Shown here: positions 48,448-61,300 of the stretch, piece after piece | How positions within the stretch are numbered: position 1 is the first letter of the stretch | Layout of the letters: each line of letters opens with the position of its first letter | From: Macrostomum lignano | Lineage: Eukaryota | Reading direction: 5' to 3' | DNA: 64,000 nucleotides | Assembly (NCBI GenBank): GCA_002269645.1 | Contig: NIVC01001013.1 | Location: 1-64,000, forward strand | Translations under genes and position numbers: made by a program | Notes under the pieces: generated by a model | Databases searched by the model: none | Told to the model about the DNA's origin: nothing | What the model saw: only the letters and a program-made list of their open reading frames with translations

Positions 48448-51400
48448 TCAAGACATGGCCTTCACAGTCTTGTACTTGCGTCTCGGATCCATGGCTGCAG
48501 CGAGAATACGAGAATACAAATGATTAACTATTGTCAACTCAACAAAAAATTGAGCACCTCTTAGATTATAGCAATTCTTTGTTTCACTCACCAGGAAAGC
48601 TGACGTAGGGCCAACCTGAAAAAGGGGAAAAAACTAAAGTTAAACACACTGCATTACTTTGAACGCACACACAGTATGTACAGCGGCCCTTTGACTTTAT
48701 ATTCGTCAGGCATGTACACTCCGTGTATTGGTGGGTTGGCCCTCACCCTAACCAGGAGGGGGGGTCGCAGCGCGAGAGAGACTATTTTCTCTTCCGGTCT
48801 TGTAGCCAAGTGGTTAGAGCGTCGGGGGTTCGATTCCTGACCCACTCAGAACAATTTTGTGTCATTCAGCAAGACATTTAACTCTGCATTGCTTCAGTTC
48901 ACCCAGCTGTAAAATGGGCACCAGCATTAGCTGGGGTAATTGAGGGTGTGTGTGGCGACAACCCAGTCCTTGGACTGAGCAACCTTCAGATGCGTCGCGC
49001 AATGGCTGCGGCTGAGCAGTCGGTTGCACATCTGCCATTAGTGCAGGTGTAATAAATTATGATGACTATTATTTCTTCCGGCGAATTTTTCCTTCAGACT
49101 CACCCGGTGCAACGTTGCCGTAACCGCCGGCACCAATAGGTGGATAATTCGGATACTGCGGGGGCGGCGGCATCTCCAATTGATGGCACTGGCGAAGCTT
49201 CTCAGCTATGAAAGCCTCGGCTTGGCACATGCCGTCCAGGGAGCCGCGCACAGTGATGATGCGGTCCATGCTGAAGCTCTTGCCCATCGAGTCGAATGAG
49301 GTGATGGTCGGCGAGCTGGAATGGTGGGGTTGGTAAGGACTTTATCTTGACTACTGCAGCAGCCCAGACTGTAGTACCAGATGCCTATTGCAGCACCCCA
49401 GACTGTAGTACCAGATGCCTATTGCAGCACCCCAGACTGTAGTACCAGATGCCTACTGCAGCAGCCCAGACTGTAGTACCAGATGCCTACTGCAGCACCC
49501 CAGACTGTAGTACCAGATGCCTACTGCAGCACCCCAGACTGTAGTACCAGATGCCTACTGCAGCAGCCCAGACTGTAGTACCAGATGCCTACTGCAGCAG
49601 CCCAGACTGTAGTACCAGATGCCTATTGCAGCAGCCCAGACTGTAGTACCAGATGCCTACTGCAGCAGCCCAGACTGTAGTACCAGATGCCTACTGCAGC
49701 AGCCCAGACTGTAGTACCAGATGCCTACTGCAGCAGCCCAGACTGTAGTACCAGATGCCTACTGCAGCAGCCCAGACTGTAGTACCAGATGCCTACTGCA
49801 GCAGCCCAGACTGTAGTACCAGATGCCTACTGCAGCACCCCAGACTGTAGTACCAGATGCCTACTGCAGCAGCCCAGACTGTAGTACCAGATGCCTACTG
49901 CAGCACCCCAGACTGTAGTACCAGATGCCTACTGCAGCAGCCCAGACTGTAGTACCAGATGCCTACTGCAGCACCCCAGACTGTAGTACCAGATGCCTAC
50001 TGCAGCAGCCCAGACTGTACCACAAGACACGAGAAGGAAGCAAACTCACTTAGACAGCTGAATACTGGTCTTGGTTTTCTCGCGAATCGTGTTCAGATTT
50101 TTGCCATCCTTCCCGATAATTCTGCCGCAGAATCGGTCTTCAGCCAGAATGTTGAGTTCGGCATCTCTGACAGGTTGGGCAAATGTGGTTTAGAATTGCC
50201 CTTTAAAGCAGTCCAAAAGTAAGACAAAAACTCAAAGAAATAAATTGGTCTATAGATCTTACTCCTTGGTTTTCTCCTTGGCCTCATTAACGCAGATGGT
50301 GAGAATCTCCTTACAGGCGGCGGAGCAGGCCTCAGGCGTGCCAGAAATGAATACGATCTGGACAATGCGTACATTATTATTCAAATGCTGCGCTTTCAGT
50401 TGGATAAAATAAAGTAAAAGGCACGAAACAGACTACTGGCTAGTAGGATAAATACGATGTCAACTTAAAGCACCGAAACGGAGTAGAAGCTGCGGACATT
50501 AAATCCCATTTTATCCCCTGGATGAGACGTCTTAACGTTTCCGATATTCGTAGTCGGCTCAGAGCAACTCAGTGATGAAAGAAACTGACTCTCGCGCCAA
50601 GACTCCTTGGTTCGATTCGGTGAGCGGCCGACGACATTCATTTGGGGCTTGTGTGCACGAAAGACTGGCCGGGGGTTGCCATGCGATTCACAACGATGAC
50701 GGCCAAACCATACATGCGCAACCCCCCTGATTTACACTGGCCATGCGACTTACCTGTGAAACTCAAGAGCAACATTAACGCAATTTTGGGTAAACGGCAG
50801 GAGTAACTATGACAGTCTTATAAGGGCTAAATGCCTCGTCATCTAATTAGTACTACGTCTGTATTCTTAGGGGTGGGTATTTTTGCGACTTACCCCTGGT
50901 CCACCACAATTTACGGTGGCCAGATCGGCCAGGTCGGCCAGCAGTTGCGCATGTATGGGCCAAACCCCAAGGCACAGAGAGTGCACATGCCTGACGATTA
51001 GATAGTCAGGGCCGCTGTACACCCTGTGTGAGCGTGTGCATGAGTGCGTGCCTGCGTACAGTGTTGGCGAGCTTGTACGTGCTTGTATGGGCAGAATCGC
51101 TTCAGGGCTGACCATAGGACCATGTCGCCGAAGGCGTTTCGCCAGGGTGCCTGCAGCACTACTGTTATTTTCTGAAAGTTTTGCACTACGATCTGGCTCC
51201 ATTCTGGTGCAATTTACTGACTCTTGATGCTTTCCTGCATCAAAATGCATCCTGGATGTTTTTATGACATCTGCAAACCACATAAAAAACCCAAGTACCA
51301 AGGAAGCGGGCTTTACCTGACTATTTTGCACCTTTCTAGGCGGAATATTTTTAGTAACAACCTCGCGTTTAACGTCAATCCTGGCCTTGGAACGGTTAGT

Positions 51401-51892
51401 AATCTCTTTAATAGTTTCGCCGCCTTTGCCAATGATGGCGCCAATCAGGTCGGAGTTAACCAGTATGCGGACCGGATAGAAGTCGCGAACTTGCATTGGA
51501 TTATTCAGTTGGGGCGCCTGAACTGGCGGGCCGCTTCGGCGCTGACTTGGCGCATTGTTGCCATTTTCGCGCCTCTGATTGGCAGAGTCGTTGTTAAGAG
51601 TGAGCTTGGAGCCTTGGAACTCCGCACCGTTTACTTCCGCCACGGCCTTGTTGGCAACATCAACAGTCTCCATGGAAACGACAAGGATGCCATCTTGATA
51701 ATTGTGCGGCTCGATTTTAAGAACTTTGCCAAACTTGGCAAACATTGCTTCTAAATCTTTGTCCTCTTGCTTGCCGCTGGCTCCAGTGACACGAATTCTG
51801 TGACTCTTTTTTACATTGGCGCTGCCACCGCTCTGTGGACTAGACTGGCCTCCATTGGCTGCCGCCGCTGATGTTTCCTTCTCGTTGGACAT
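48448..51892 (-). CDS. IGF2BP/IMP-like RNA-binding protein with RRM-KH-KH only; exons 51892-51317, 50357-50263, 50166-50050, 49315-49104, 48615-48592, 48494-48448; 356 aa
   Basis: RRM, KH1 PVRILVNSDLIGAIIGKGGETIKEITNRSKARIDV, KH2 FCGRIIGKDGKNLNTIREKTKT...DRIITVRG. All five introns are GT-AG with matching phases (0,2,2,1,1). Confidence 0.8.
48660..48750 (-). mobile_element. SINE-family fragment
   Basis: TGTACAGCGGCC...GCATGTACAC...GGGTTGGCCCTCA shared with 45070-45145. Confidence 0.55.
48795..49075 (+). mobile_element. tRNA-derived CORE-like SINE
   Basis: A box TAGCCAAGTGG, B box GGTTCGATTCC, then TGTGTCATTCAGCAAGACATTTAAC..CTGTAAAATGGG resembling the MIR CORE consensus; ATT-rich tail. Confidence 0.65.
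49351..50018. repeat. 34-bp intronic minisatellite, ~19.5 copies
   Basis: Unit CTACTGCAGCAGCCCAGACTGTAGTACCAGATGC. Confidence 0.95.
50550..51160 (+). mobile_element. tRNA-derived SINE interrupted by a MITE
   Basis: B box GGTTCGATTC near 50611; the body resumes after the insertion at GGCCAAACCCCAAGGCACAG. Confidence 0.55.
50709..50957. mobile_element. hAT-type MITE (CATACATG TIR family), copy 2
   Basis: Perfect 14-bp TIR CATACATGCGCAAC, perfect 8-bp TSD GGCCAAAC; homologous to 40984-41280. Confidence 0.88.
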
Positions 51893-53595
51893 GCCTGCTA
51901 TCCTAGCTGCCCCTACTATACCTGTAATAGTTAGGCATTGATATGATTATTGTATGGCATGCCTGCTATCCTAGCTGCCCCTACTATACCTGTAATAGTT
52001 AGGCATTGATATGGCTCATTCCATATAAGATGAACATTTTTGGAAAATAGAAAAAAGTCAATATTTTTGCTTGCCATTGCCTTATCAGCCAATTTTTTTA
52101 CCAAATGTTTTTTATGTGTAATATCTACAATCTAAGAATAAATGAATGATAAAATGTTAGATTAGTATGCTATCAAGTGGCAAAAAGTCATTTTTGTAAA
52201 AATTTAGACATTTTTCTAAGCAAAAGACATCATTAAGTTTGTGTACCTTTTAAAAACAAATAGAAAGCTTTGGAAGGTTGAAACAAACTATAGATAAAAG
52301 TATAGTACTTGCATCATCAGATAAAAGTATTGGTGACCAAATAATCTATTATATTTTTAATATATTGGTACCTCAAAGTTACTGAATTGACAGAAAAAAA
52401 TATGTTACGACCATAATGTTACGACCATAAGGCTGCCTTTTCTTTTGTATCTTTGTTGCCTTTTTGAGTTTATATATTCTACAAAAAGAGTATGATTACT
52501 AAAGATGTTCTTAGTCAAATTTTAAAAAATGTATTGCAAAATATCAAAAATAAAAATGTTATAAGACTTTTACCTTTTAGTTTCTATATGTCAAAAATCC
52601 TGTTGTTACGACCATAAGTGCCATTCAAGGTTTAATAGCATCTATACTAATGATGATATCTACATGAAACTCTATAAAAATATTTTTGACAAAATTATCT
52701 TTCATTTAAAATATTGGTTTAGTATATTCTATTATTATATTTCATTTTATAAGTAAAAATAGCCTGTCATGTTACGACCATGCTTATATGGAATGAGCCA
52801 TATGGTCACTGCATGGCATGCCTGCTATCCTAGCTGCCCCTACTATACCTGTAATAGTTAGGCATTGATATGGTCACTGCATGGCATGCCTGCTATCCTA
52901 GCTGCCCCCACTATACCTGTAATAGTTAGGCATTGATATGATTATTGTATGACATGCCTGCTATCCTAGCTGCCCCTACTATACCTGTAATAGTTAGGCA
53001 TTGATATGGTCACTGCATGGCATGCCTGCTATCCTAGCTGCCCCCACTATACCTGTAATAGTTAGGCATTGATATGATTTTTGCATGGCATGCCTGCTAT
53101 CCTAGCTGCCCCTACTATACCTGTAATAGTTAGGCATTAATATGGTCACTGCATGGCATGCCTGCTATCCTAGCTGCCCCTACTATACCTGTAATAGTTA
53201 GGCATTGATATGGTCACTGCATGGCATGCCTGCTATCCTAGCTGCCCCCACTATACCTGTAATAGTTAGGCATTGATATGATTATTGTATGGCATGCCTG
53301 CTATCCTAGCTGCCCCTACTATACCTGTAATAGTTAGGCATTGATATGGTCACTGCATGGCATGCCTGCTATCCTAGCTGCCCCTACTATACCTATAATA
53401 GTTAGGCATTGATATGATTATTGTATGGCATGCCTGCTATCCTAGCTGCCCCTACTATACCTGTAATAGTTAGGCATTGATATGGTCACTGCATGGCATG
53501 CCTGCTATCCTAGCTGCCCCCACTATACCTGTAATAGTTAGGCATTGATATGATTTTTGCATGGCATGCCTGCTATCATAGCTGCCCCTACTATA
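51886..53595. repeat. 68-bp tandem array (~14 units) beginning at the IMP-like start codon
   Basis: Unit GGCATGCCTGCTATCCTAGCTGCCCCTACTATACCTGTAATAGTTAGGCATTGATATG(ATTATTGTAT/GTCACTGCAT). Confidence 0.93.
52013..52799. mobile_element. Kolobok-like non-autonomous DNA transposon, copy 2
   Basis: Same 17-bp TIR as 6891-7674; 4-bp TSD ATAT duplicated from the satellite unit. Confidence 0.82.
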
Positions 53596-54643
53596 TTTGG
53601 AACCTAATAGTCATTGACAACTACTAAGTATTGCATACTTTTAATTAGAAAGAGTAATTAGATGTAAAGTTTAGATATGCTAAACATAAACGGCCTTTTA
53701 CTAATATTTTGAAATGCAATCAATTTTTTGCCTTTTACAACCTATACAGCACAGACAGCTAGTTATAGTTACAAAATAGATCTATACTTAGAAAAACTAA
53801 ACAATTTCATTGCTCTATAATGCATCTTAAATATTAACATAAAAAAGAATACTAAAAATCATTACATTAGAGCTAGATAATGGATACTATTGGACTTCTG
53901 TTGCCTCTGATATAATTTTAACTAGAATTTATTTGTTAAAGCTTGCTTGCATATAATTTGTTTGTTAATCCAAATAATTACTTTAATAGGTTGGTCAAAA
54001 TGAATAAAAAAGCAAAGCTATTACAAAAAGGCTTTTTAAATAATATTGCACTAGTTAAATAATAAATGATTCTAGTACTTTATATTAACTAGGGCCTTGT
54101 ATATTTGGGATAAAAATCATTAAATACAAAAACTGCATTAAAATGATTATGTTCCAAAACTATAGCATTTCTTGTCAATGTAGCTTTCAAGCAGACATGG
54201 AACCATCCATCTTTTTTATAAATGAGCACTCTGTATTTGGAACTAAAAAACTATTTTAGTTTCAAAAGTTGATCATTTAAAGACAAAAATTGCCTTAAAA
54301 TGATTATATAATATATTCCTAAACTGTCTATAGCACTTTTTGTCTTAAGTGCATCATTCAAGAGGCCTCTGCTTTCACTTTATGTATAGTAGAAAGAGAA
54401 CTGTTTAAAGAGAATTAAGAGAGGTTACAAAGCAAAATATACATTGCATCATCTCTTTAATTTTAGATGATCATTTTAATGCTACTTTTATATACAAGAT
54501 AAAATACTCTTAAAATACTAAAATACTCTGTTTGCTAGAAGAGTAGAAAAAATTATAAAGTTTTTTTATAGTTTTGGAATGCAATCATTTCAGTATAAAA
54601 GTTCTATTGAAATATTTGCTTTACAAAACTAAATGATAATATA

Positions 54644-55944
54644 CAAGGGGCACTAGATAAGTTTTTAGCTGCGGTCAAACTCTATTCAAATAAGGCCATA
54701 TTTTCTAAGCATATTGAATAAGAAGTTTTATCATGATCCCCAAAGTTTCATGCATTTAATTGTCACCATTCTCTCACTGTTGCATTTTATCGCAACAATG
54801 TCTGTGACTCTTTCAGCACTGTAATGGAGTTCAATTGTGAACACTTTTGTGCCATGATTTTCTACAATTTTAATAGCAGCTTGACATTTCACCAGTGCCA
54901 CAAGTGGCTGTCTGCTGCCTTTCCTAACCTTGCGCCATCCATCACTACTGTCACTGCCTGGTTCTGGGAGTTCAAGCATGGCCGAGACAGCTTGAAAGAC
55001 AAAGATCGAACCAGCCGACCTGTTTCAGTGACGACACCTGAAACTATCGACCACATGCAGCGCATGATTGAGGCTGATCAGCAAGTGACATATCAAACAA
55101 TTGAGGCATGTCTTGGCATCTCATTGCTGACAGTCGCTTCTATCCTTTGTGATCACCTTGCTGTCCACAAGCTGACCAGTCGCTGAGTGCCACATTAGCT
55201 CACTGCTGAGCAAAAGCAGGCCTGCATGAGCTAGTGCCAGAAAATGCTGGACAGGTTTGGCGGAGGGATGTCGAAGTCTGTCACAGACATTGTCACATGT
55301 GACAAAACGTGGGTATATTGCTACGAACCTGAGCCGAAATGCCAAACGCGTGTGTGGGCTTTTGAAGATGACGCCCTGCCGACCAAGGTTGTCAGAGGTT
55401 AGAGCACTGGCAAGCAAATGGTGGCAACTTTCTTCCAAAAGACTGGCCACATTTATGACTGTAGCACTCGAGAGCCAGTGCAGTGACTGCAGATTGGTAC
55501 TATACCATCTGCATGCCGCGTGTCATCAGCAGCCTTGAAGAGGCATGGCCAAAGTTTGGTGTTCAAGGTCTCTGGCTGCACCAGGACAATGCCAGTGTAC
55601 ACACAGCAAATTGAACTCAAGAGTTTCTACAGATGGTGGGCTTCCAACAGCTTAGTAACCCACCATATTCATCTGACCTGGCACCGTGTGACTTTTTTTG
55701 TTTCCATTCATCAAGAATTCCATGCGAGGGGGCCAATTTTCCTCTGCCAAAGAGGCTGTTGATGCCTATAGATTGGCCATTGAGGGGGTATCCCACTCAG
55801 AGTGGCGCCACTGCTTTGAAACTTGGTTTGAGCGGATGAGGCAGTGCATCCAAGCTGATGGAGAGTACTTTGAAAAGCTCTGAAAGTTTATCTTTATAAC
55901 TGTTACATGCTAACCGCAGCTAGAAACTTATCTAGTGCCCCTCA
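54644..55944 (+). mobile_element. Full-length (1301 bp) inactive mariner element
   Basis: ~32-bp TIRs and TA TSD. Decayed transposase from 54824: R*VPH*L (WVPHxL), CDKTW, HQDNA, HPPYSSDLAPCDFF, GEYFEKL; stops and frameshifts. Confidence 0.93.
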
Positions 55945-56949
55945 TATAGGATGACTGTATATATAAATAATATAAAATGATATAAAAGGCATGATCATAT
56001 AAAAGTCACAATCAATATCTTTTATAATTTTGAACACAATTATTCTTTTATAAAAGTTTCATTGAAATGATTATCTTCTAAGGTTGAATATAAAAAGGTT
56101 AAGTATTTTAATTTAATGAAGTTTTTTTAATTAAAATAAAAAAATTATAGTTCTTTTTGTTTGAACAGAGAAGAAAAACTTCAATGATGATTGTATATTG
56201 AAATTAGTAAGATAGGGAGGGCCTTGATCTTATCATTGATGAGAGCAATGATTGTTAGCTAACCAAAAGATTGCCTATTAAAAAAGAACTAATTTAAGCT
56301 ATTTGAAATTGATTGATTTGATTTCATTACTTTTAAACTAAAGTATAATTTTATTGAAATTTAAACTGATATAATGTTATTGTACTAGGCCTATTATTAC
56401 CAATTTATTGTACTTTTATCATATTTATCTTTTTTACCTTAATTGTTTAAATATTTTTTCTATTGGGAAGTAATTGTCTATTTAGATAAATAGACAATAT
56501 TTAGTGTCTATTTGTTTATATAAGTAAATTTTTTTATTATTTTATTAACAACAAAAATAGGCTTAATAAATAGATATTTATTATATCAAGATATTTCTTA
56601 TAGTTTAATATTATAATAATATATATTACTATTTTAAAATTTTATCATTTATTCTTTTTGGCATAAATATGCTAAATAGTATATTTGTATAATAACTATA
56701 CTAATTGTACAAAAAATGTCTATAACTTTGGACAACTAATTAGTTTTTACCAATGTTAAAATGTACATATCAGGAATAAGAATAGGCCTATGATGGCTGC
56801 ATAGTAGACAAAAAGCTCTACAAATAAAAAACAAAATAATATGCTTAAGATAAGACTAGAGTTAGAGTTTAACTATTCATTTTATGCAAAATCTTTTGAA
56901 CTATTTGAATGCTTAAAAATCTTTGGAACTTAAGCATTTTTTTATTATA

Positions 56950-57290
56950 GGCAGGAGGTTGTGTGTACCCTAGTGCACTTTTAAGTGACATAGGCACACA
57001 ACTGGCAAGAGGCATTACTGCCCATTCCGCCAACTCCCCTGAGCAAGCATACAAGCGTGTGGATATGAACGCAGGAACACACTCACATAGGAGTATATAA
57101 CCACCCTAACTTTATTTGCGCCTTAGGGGGTTGGCTCTTCAGGCCATTAATTGCACAAGCAGAGCCAAGCCAAGATTCCAATTAAGCCCCAAATTAATGT
57201 GACTGCACTTGGAAGGAGCCTGGATTGTTGGCATACCAGAGCCTGTGCTAGACTGCTGGGCTACAGTCCCCAGAAACTTGGGCATATGCA
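56950..57290 (-). mobile_element. Heavily AT-eroded copy of the SINE family
   Basis: GGAATGGGCAGTAATGCC and GAGCCAACCCCCTAAGG blocks align to the copies at 20710, 45030 and 50960. Confidence 0.55.
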
Positions 57291-58387
57291 TAGGCCTAGG
57301 CCTACATTAAATTATTCTTATAGTTTAATCTAAATGAAAGCTAGCAGGTCTATCATATTGACTATGTATATACACACTCATAGGAGTCACACAGAATTAG
57401 ACCACTCCACTGACTCCAGGCACTTAAAGATTTCTATTCATTATCTTTAGTCTTTACTCTTTAGATGTATATTACCTATTACGCAATAGTAAATTGTAAT
57501 GCACTGCAGTATCTAGTTAAAAAATTCAATTAGGCCTAATCTTAAGCCTATCTAGGCCTAATCTAATTAAAATCTACTTCAGGCCGGCCATGGCCATTCC
57601 ACGCCACCTTTCAGGCAGGGGGCTGCTGCCGACTGAATTTATTTGGGCTCTCTGTGATGTGCCAGGGGCGGAGAAAAGAAAAGGGATTCGCAAGTAAGTA
57701 AGTATGGCTCAGTCAAGAAGCCTGTTTGGCCAATATATTTCAGTGTAATTTAAGAATAATTCAAGATTAGAAGGCAATATTTATGCATGAGTTATTCAAG
57801 TCCGATACGAGTTTTGCAATATAGTATTTGAAAGAGCGCGTAAATGTTATAAACGAAACTTTGAACGAGCTTTAACGACTAACGAAGTAATAAAAGTAAG
57901 GAATTAAAAAAAGACAAGTATTGCGTGAAATTTGTGTAAATGTTTGGCGATTATTGTAAAAAATATGTTATATGAAAGCCTAGGCAAAATATGGCAAAGG
58001 TATCGGCCTTTGAACTTTGAACTGCCGCCTTCGTTATCTCGGCACGAGTAAAGCCGGAAAGTTGCACGGACTAGTTTGAATCGATTTTTTCTCATTGATA
58101 CTCCGTCTGCCGGGGTCCTCAATTCCGGGGGGAGGGTAGTCGTTGTCGTAGGCGAGCTGTCTTTAACAGGGCGCGGTCGTTCAAACGGTAGACACTGATA
58201 CGCTTGACATGCTGCCATCACCGCAAAGAAATACACTCTGCTCCGAAGGCAAGACCACTTCGAGTGGAAGTGCTTGGAGTGCACTGTGCCATGTGCACCC
58301 CGTGCAGCACCGCGTGCAGCTGCTGCTGCTGCCGACATTGCTGCTGCTGCAGCTCCTGTGCTGTGTGCACCCCGTGCAGCACCCCGT

Positions 58388-61300
58388 TGTTGTTGTCGCT
58401 GAGGCGCGAACATCCCATGCGTTCCTTTTCCACCCCGTGCGGTACCAGGCCCAGTACCTTAGCGCCTCCTCCGGGTGCTCGTTAATGAGGCGCAGCTCAG
58501 TGGGCCCGCCCATCCTGCGTCGGATTTCCGTGGCCGGGCAGTGGCAGCTGACGTGCTCAACCGTTTCCTCCTCAGTCCCGCACGCTGGGCACATCGCGTC
58601 GGTGGTCCTGCCTATTCTGCGGCAGTAGGCCCCCAGCTCCAGCGAGTGGCCCGTGCGGAACCGAGTGAAGCTGACCGCCTCCGCCCTGTCCTTGTAGGCT
58701 GGGTGCCTGGCTGTGCCGAGGTCGCCGTAGGTGCTCTTCGTTCTACCGTGCGTCCAGTGCCTGCTGTTGTAGCTTGCGGCCCTCGTCTCCGCTGCCAGAC
58801 GTCTGCGGATCACACTCGCCAGCACACCGGCTTCCTTCTGCGGCAGCTCCGTCGCGCCTCCGGCAACTTTGTCTGCGACCTCGTTACCCTCCAACCCGCA
58901 GTATGGGCCGGCGTCCAGCATAGCGCTATCTCGCGTCCGGTCTGGCAGGTCTTGTACAGCAGCTTGCGGATCTTTATCGCGATTGGATTGCGACCTCGGC
59001 CCTGGACCGCGAGGAGCCCACTCTTGCTGTCTGACGCGATCAGCGCTGTGCTCCATGTCGGCTGCTTGCATAGCCAGGCCACCGCGAGCTCCAGGGCGGT
59101 AAGCTCGGCTTACAGCGAGGAGGCCGGCTGCCCGGCTGCCCTCCGGAGGTTGGTCTGAACGCCGAATTGTTCTCCTAGCTGTTAGGCGTCCCTTCCGGTA
59201 GATGACCACTCCGCTGCCACCGCCCTCCTTCTGTACCGACCCGTCCGTGTAGATGATGATGTCGGGGTCGTGGCTGGCCTGCTTGATCCTCGTTTGGGCC
59301 ATCTCGAGATTGCCGTCGCGTGTCTCTTGCCTTGCATCATCGGTTGAGACGAGGAAGGTGATGTTGTCCCTCCAGCTCTGCCAAGGGGGGAGGTCCGTCG
59401 CGTCCTCGAGCCTCGCCACCTCGTCTAGGCCGGCGTTGGCGAGACCTCTGCTGGCCTGAACTCTCCAGCCTTGCCTCTTCAGCCTTTGCCTGGTCTGCTG
59501 GCTGCCAAGGCGGTATCTTGGCGAACTGGTCTCAAGCCTGAGCCACCGGTCCAGCTTTGTGTTCCAGATCACTTCACATTGGTTCCGGATCGAGAGTAGC
59601 CCGCTCTCGCAGCGTAGGGCCTCAACAGGGGTGGTAGCGACCGCTCCGGTGATGATGCGCTGCACGCTACGCTGCACTACTTCGAGCTTACGCCAGGCCG
59701 CGCTAGTAAGCCACGGCGTCCAGGCACAGGCCCCGTAGAGCAGTTTGCTGCGGATGAGGGCGATATAGGTGTTGCGGATGAGCTCGGCTTGCCAGCCCCA
59801 GGAGCTGCCCGCGAGGCGCCGCAGCAGGTTGAGGCGGTTCCGGCAGTTGCGGATCACGTTGTCCGCGTGCGCTGTGAACCTCAGCTGTCTATCAAACGTA
59901 AGCCCGAGGAATGTAGGCTGCTCGATCCATTGCATTGGCTGTCCTTGTAGCACCACGTTCGGGGCCGCCGCCCTCTGCGGGGTCATCGCCGGGTCGCTGG
60001 AGAAGAGGGTGAGCGAGCACTTCTCCGTGGCAACCGGTAGCAGCCATGCTTCACTCCAAGCTTGCAGGACGTCGACCGCCGCCTGCTGGGTGGACGAGGC
60101 CTCCGCGGCTCTTCTGCTGCTGGTCCAGGTGGCCAGATCATCCGCATAGCCGCTAACCTGCAGGTCCGGGATTGAGTCTAGTTCCCTGAGGAGGTCGTCG
60201 ATGAAGACGATGAATAGCAGCGGCGACAGCACAGAGCCCTGCGGTAGCCCTTGCTGGAAAAGTTCCCGCTTGCTGTCGACGTCTCCAACCCGGACACACG
60301 CCAGCCTGTTCGCTAGCCAGCCCTGTATCCATCTGACCGTTTTGGGGCCAATGCCCGCGTTGAGTAGCTTGATCAGCAGCCCGTCTCGCCAGACCTTGTC
60401 AAAGGCGCGCGCAAAGTCGAACAGCGCCAGGACCGTCAGTTTCCGCTTTTGGAATGCGTCGTCGATCGATTGGGACAGGCGGAGCAGTTGGTCTTCCGTG
60501 GACCTGCCTCCTCTGAACCCCGCTTGTGCTTCGCTGAGGCCGCCGGAGGACTCAAGAACATGCTTGATGCGGTTCGCAAGCACCCGTTCCATCCACTTGC
60601 CGAGGCTGGATGTCAGGCTGACCGGCCGGTATGATCCTATGTCCTTGGCGGGTTTCCCGCTCTTAAGCAGCGGTATGATGCGGGCCGTGCGCCAGTTTTG
60701 TGGAGCGAAGCCGCCGTCATATAACCGGTTAAACAGCCTTAGGACCTCATGTAGCGCCTCCCGGGGGAGCGCCTTCAGCAGCTTCGGGTGGAGGCCGTCC
60801 ATGCCGGCGGCTCTGTTGGCGTCCATACTCTGCAGCGCAGCTTGCAGCTCGTCCAGGGTCAGGGCTTGGCAGTCCGCAGCATTGGGGGAAGTGGCGCTTT
60901 GCCGCAGGCGGGCGTTAATTTCTCTGCGTGCCCATCTGTGCCTGGCCCGGACGGTGTTGGCGCTGACCTTGGCGTACACTTTCGCAATGATGTTCGCCTT
61001 GGCTCTGTACCTTCTTCCTTCGTGCTCTAGGATCTGGTCTCTGCTGGCGTCGCCGCGCCGTTGAGCTGTTTCAGCAGTGACCATATCTTGTCCGCCGTTG
61101 CACTGTTGTCCAACTTGTCTCTCCATCGTTCCCTCCTGCTCTCCTGCTGCTTCCTCCTGATCTGTTGGTCCAGGTGCTTCCATTCATCCGACTCGATACC
61201 CTCTCTTTCCCTGAGGTTATCTCTTTCCGCCATCAGGTGCTGGACTTCCTCGTCGACGAACACCGCGTTTCTGGTCTTCCTGGCCACCATGCCCACCGCC

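Noticed and set aside
48795-48845. tRNA gene
   Set aside because: A and B boxes are present, but there is no full cloverleaf and it continues into a SINE body.
49351-50018. Palindromic 34-bp repeats as a CRISPR array
   Set aside because: No unique spacers, eukaryotic intron, no cas genes.
50867-51316. C-terminal half of the 341-aa ORF
   Set aside because: Read-through into intron 1 and SINE sequence after the CAG|GTAAAG donor.
58181-58387. C-terminal extension of the 1000-aa RT ORF
   Set aside because: Read-through past the (ACA)n tail into antisense host sequence.
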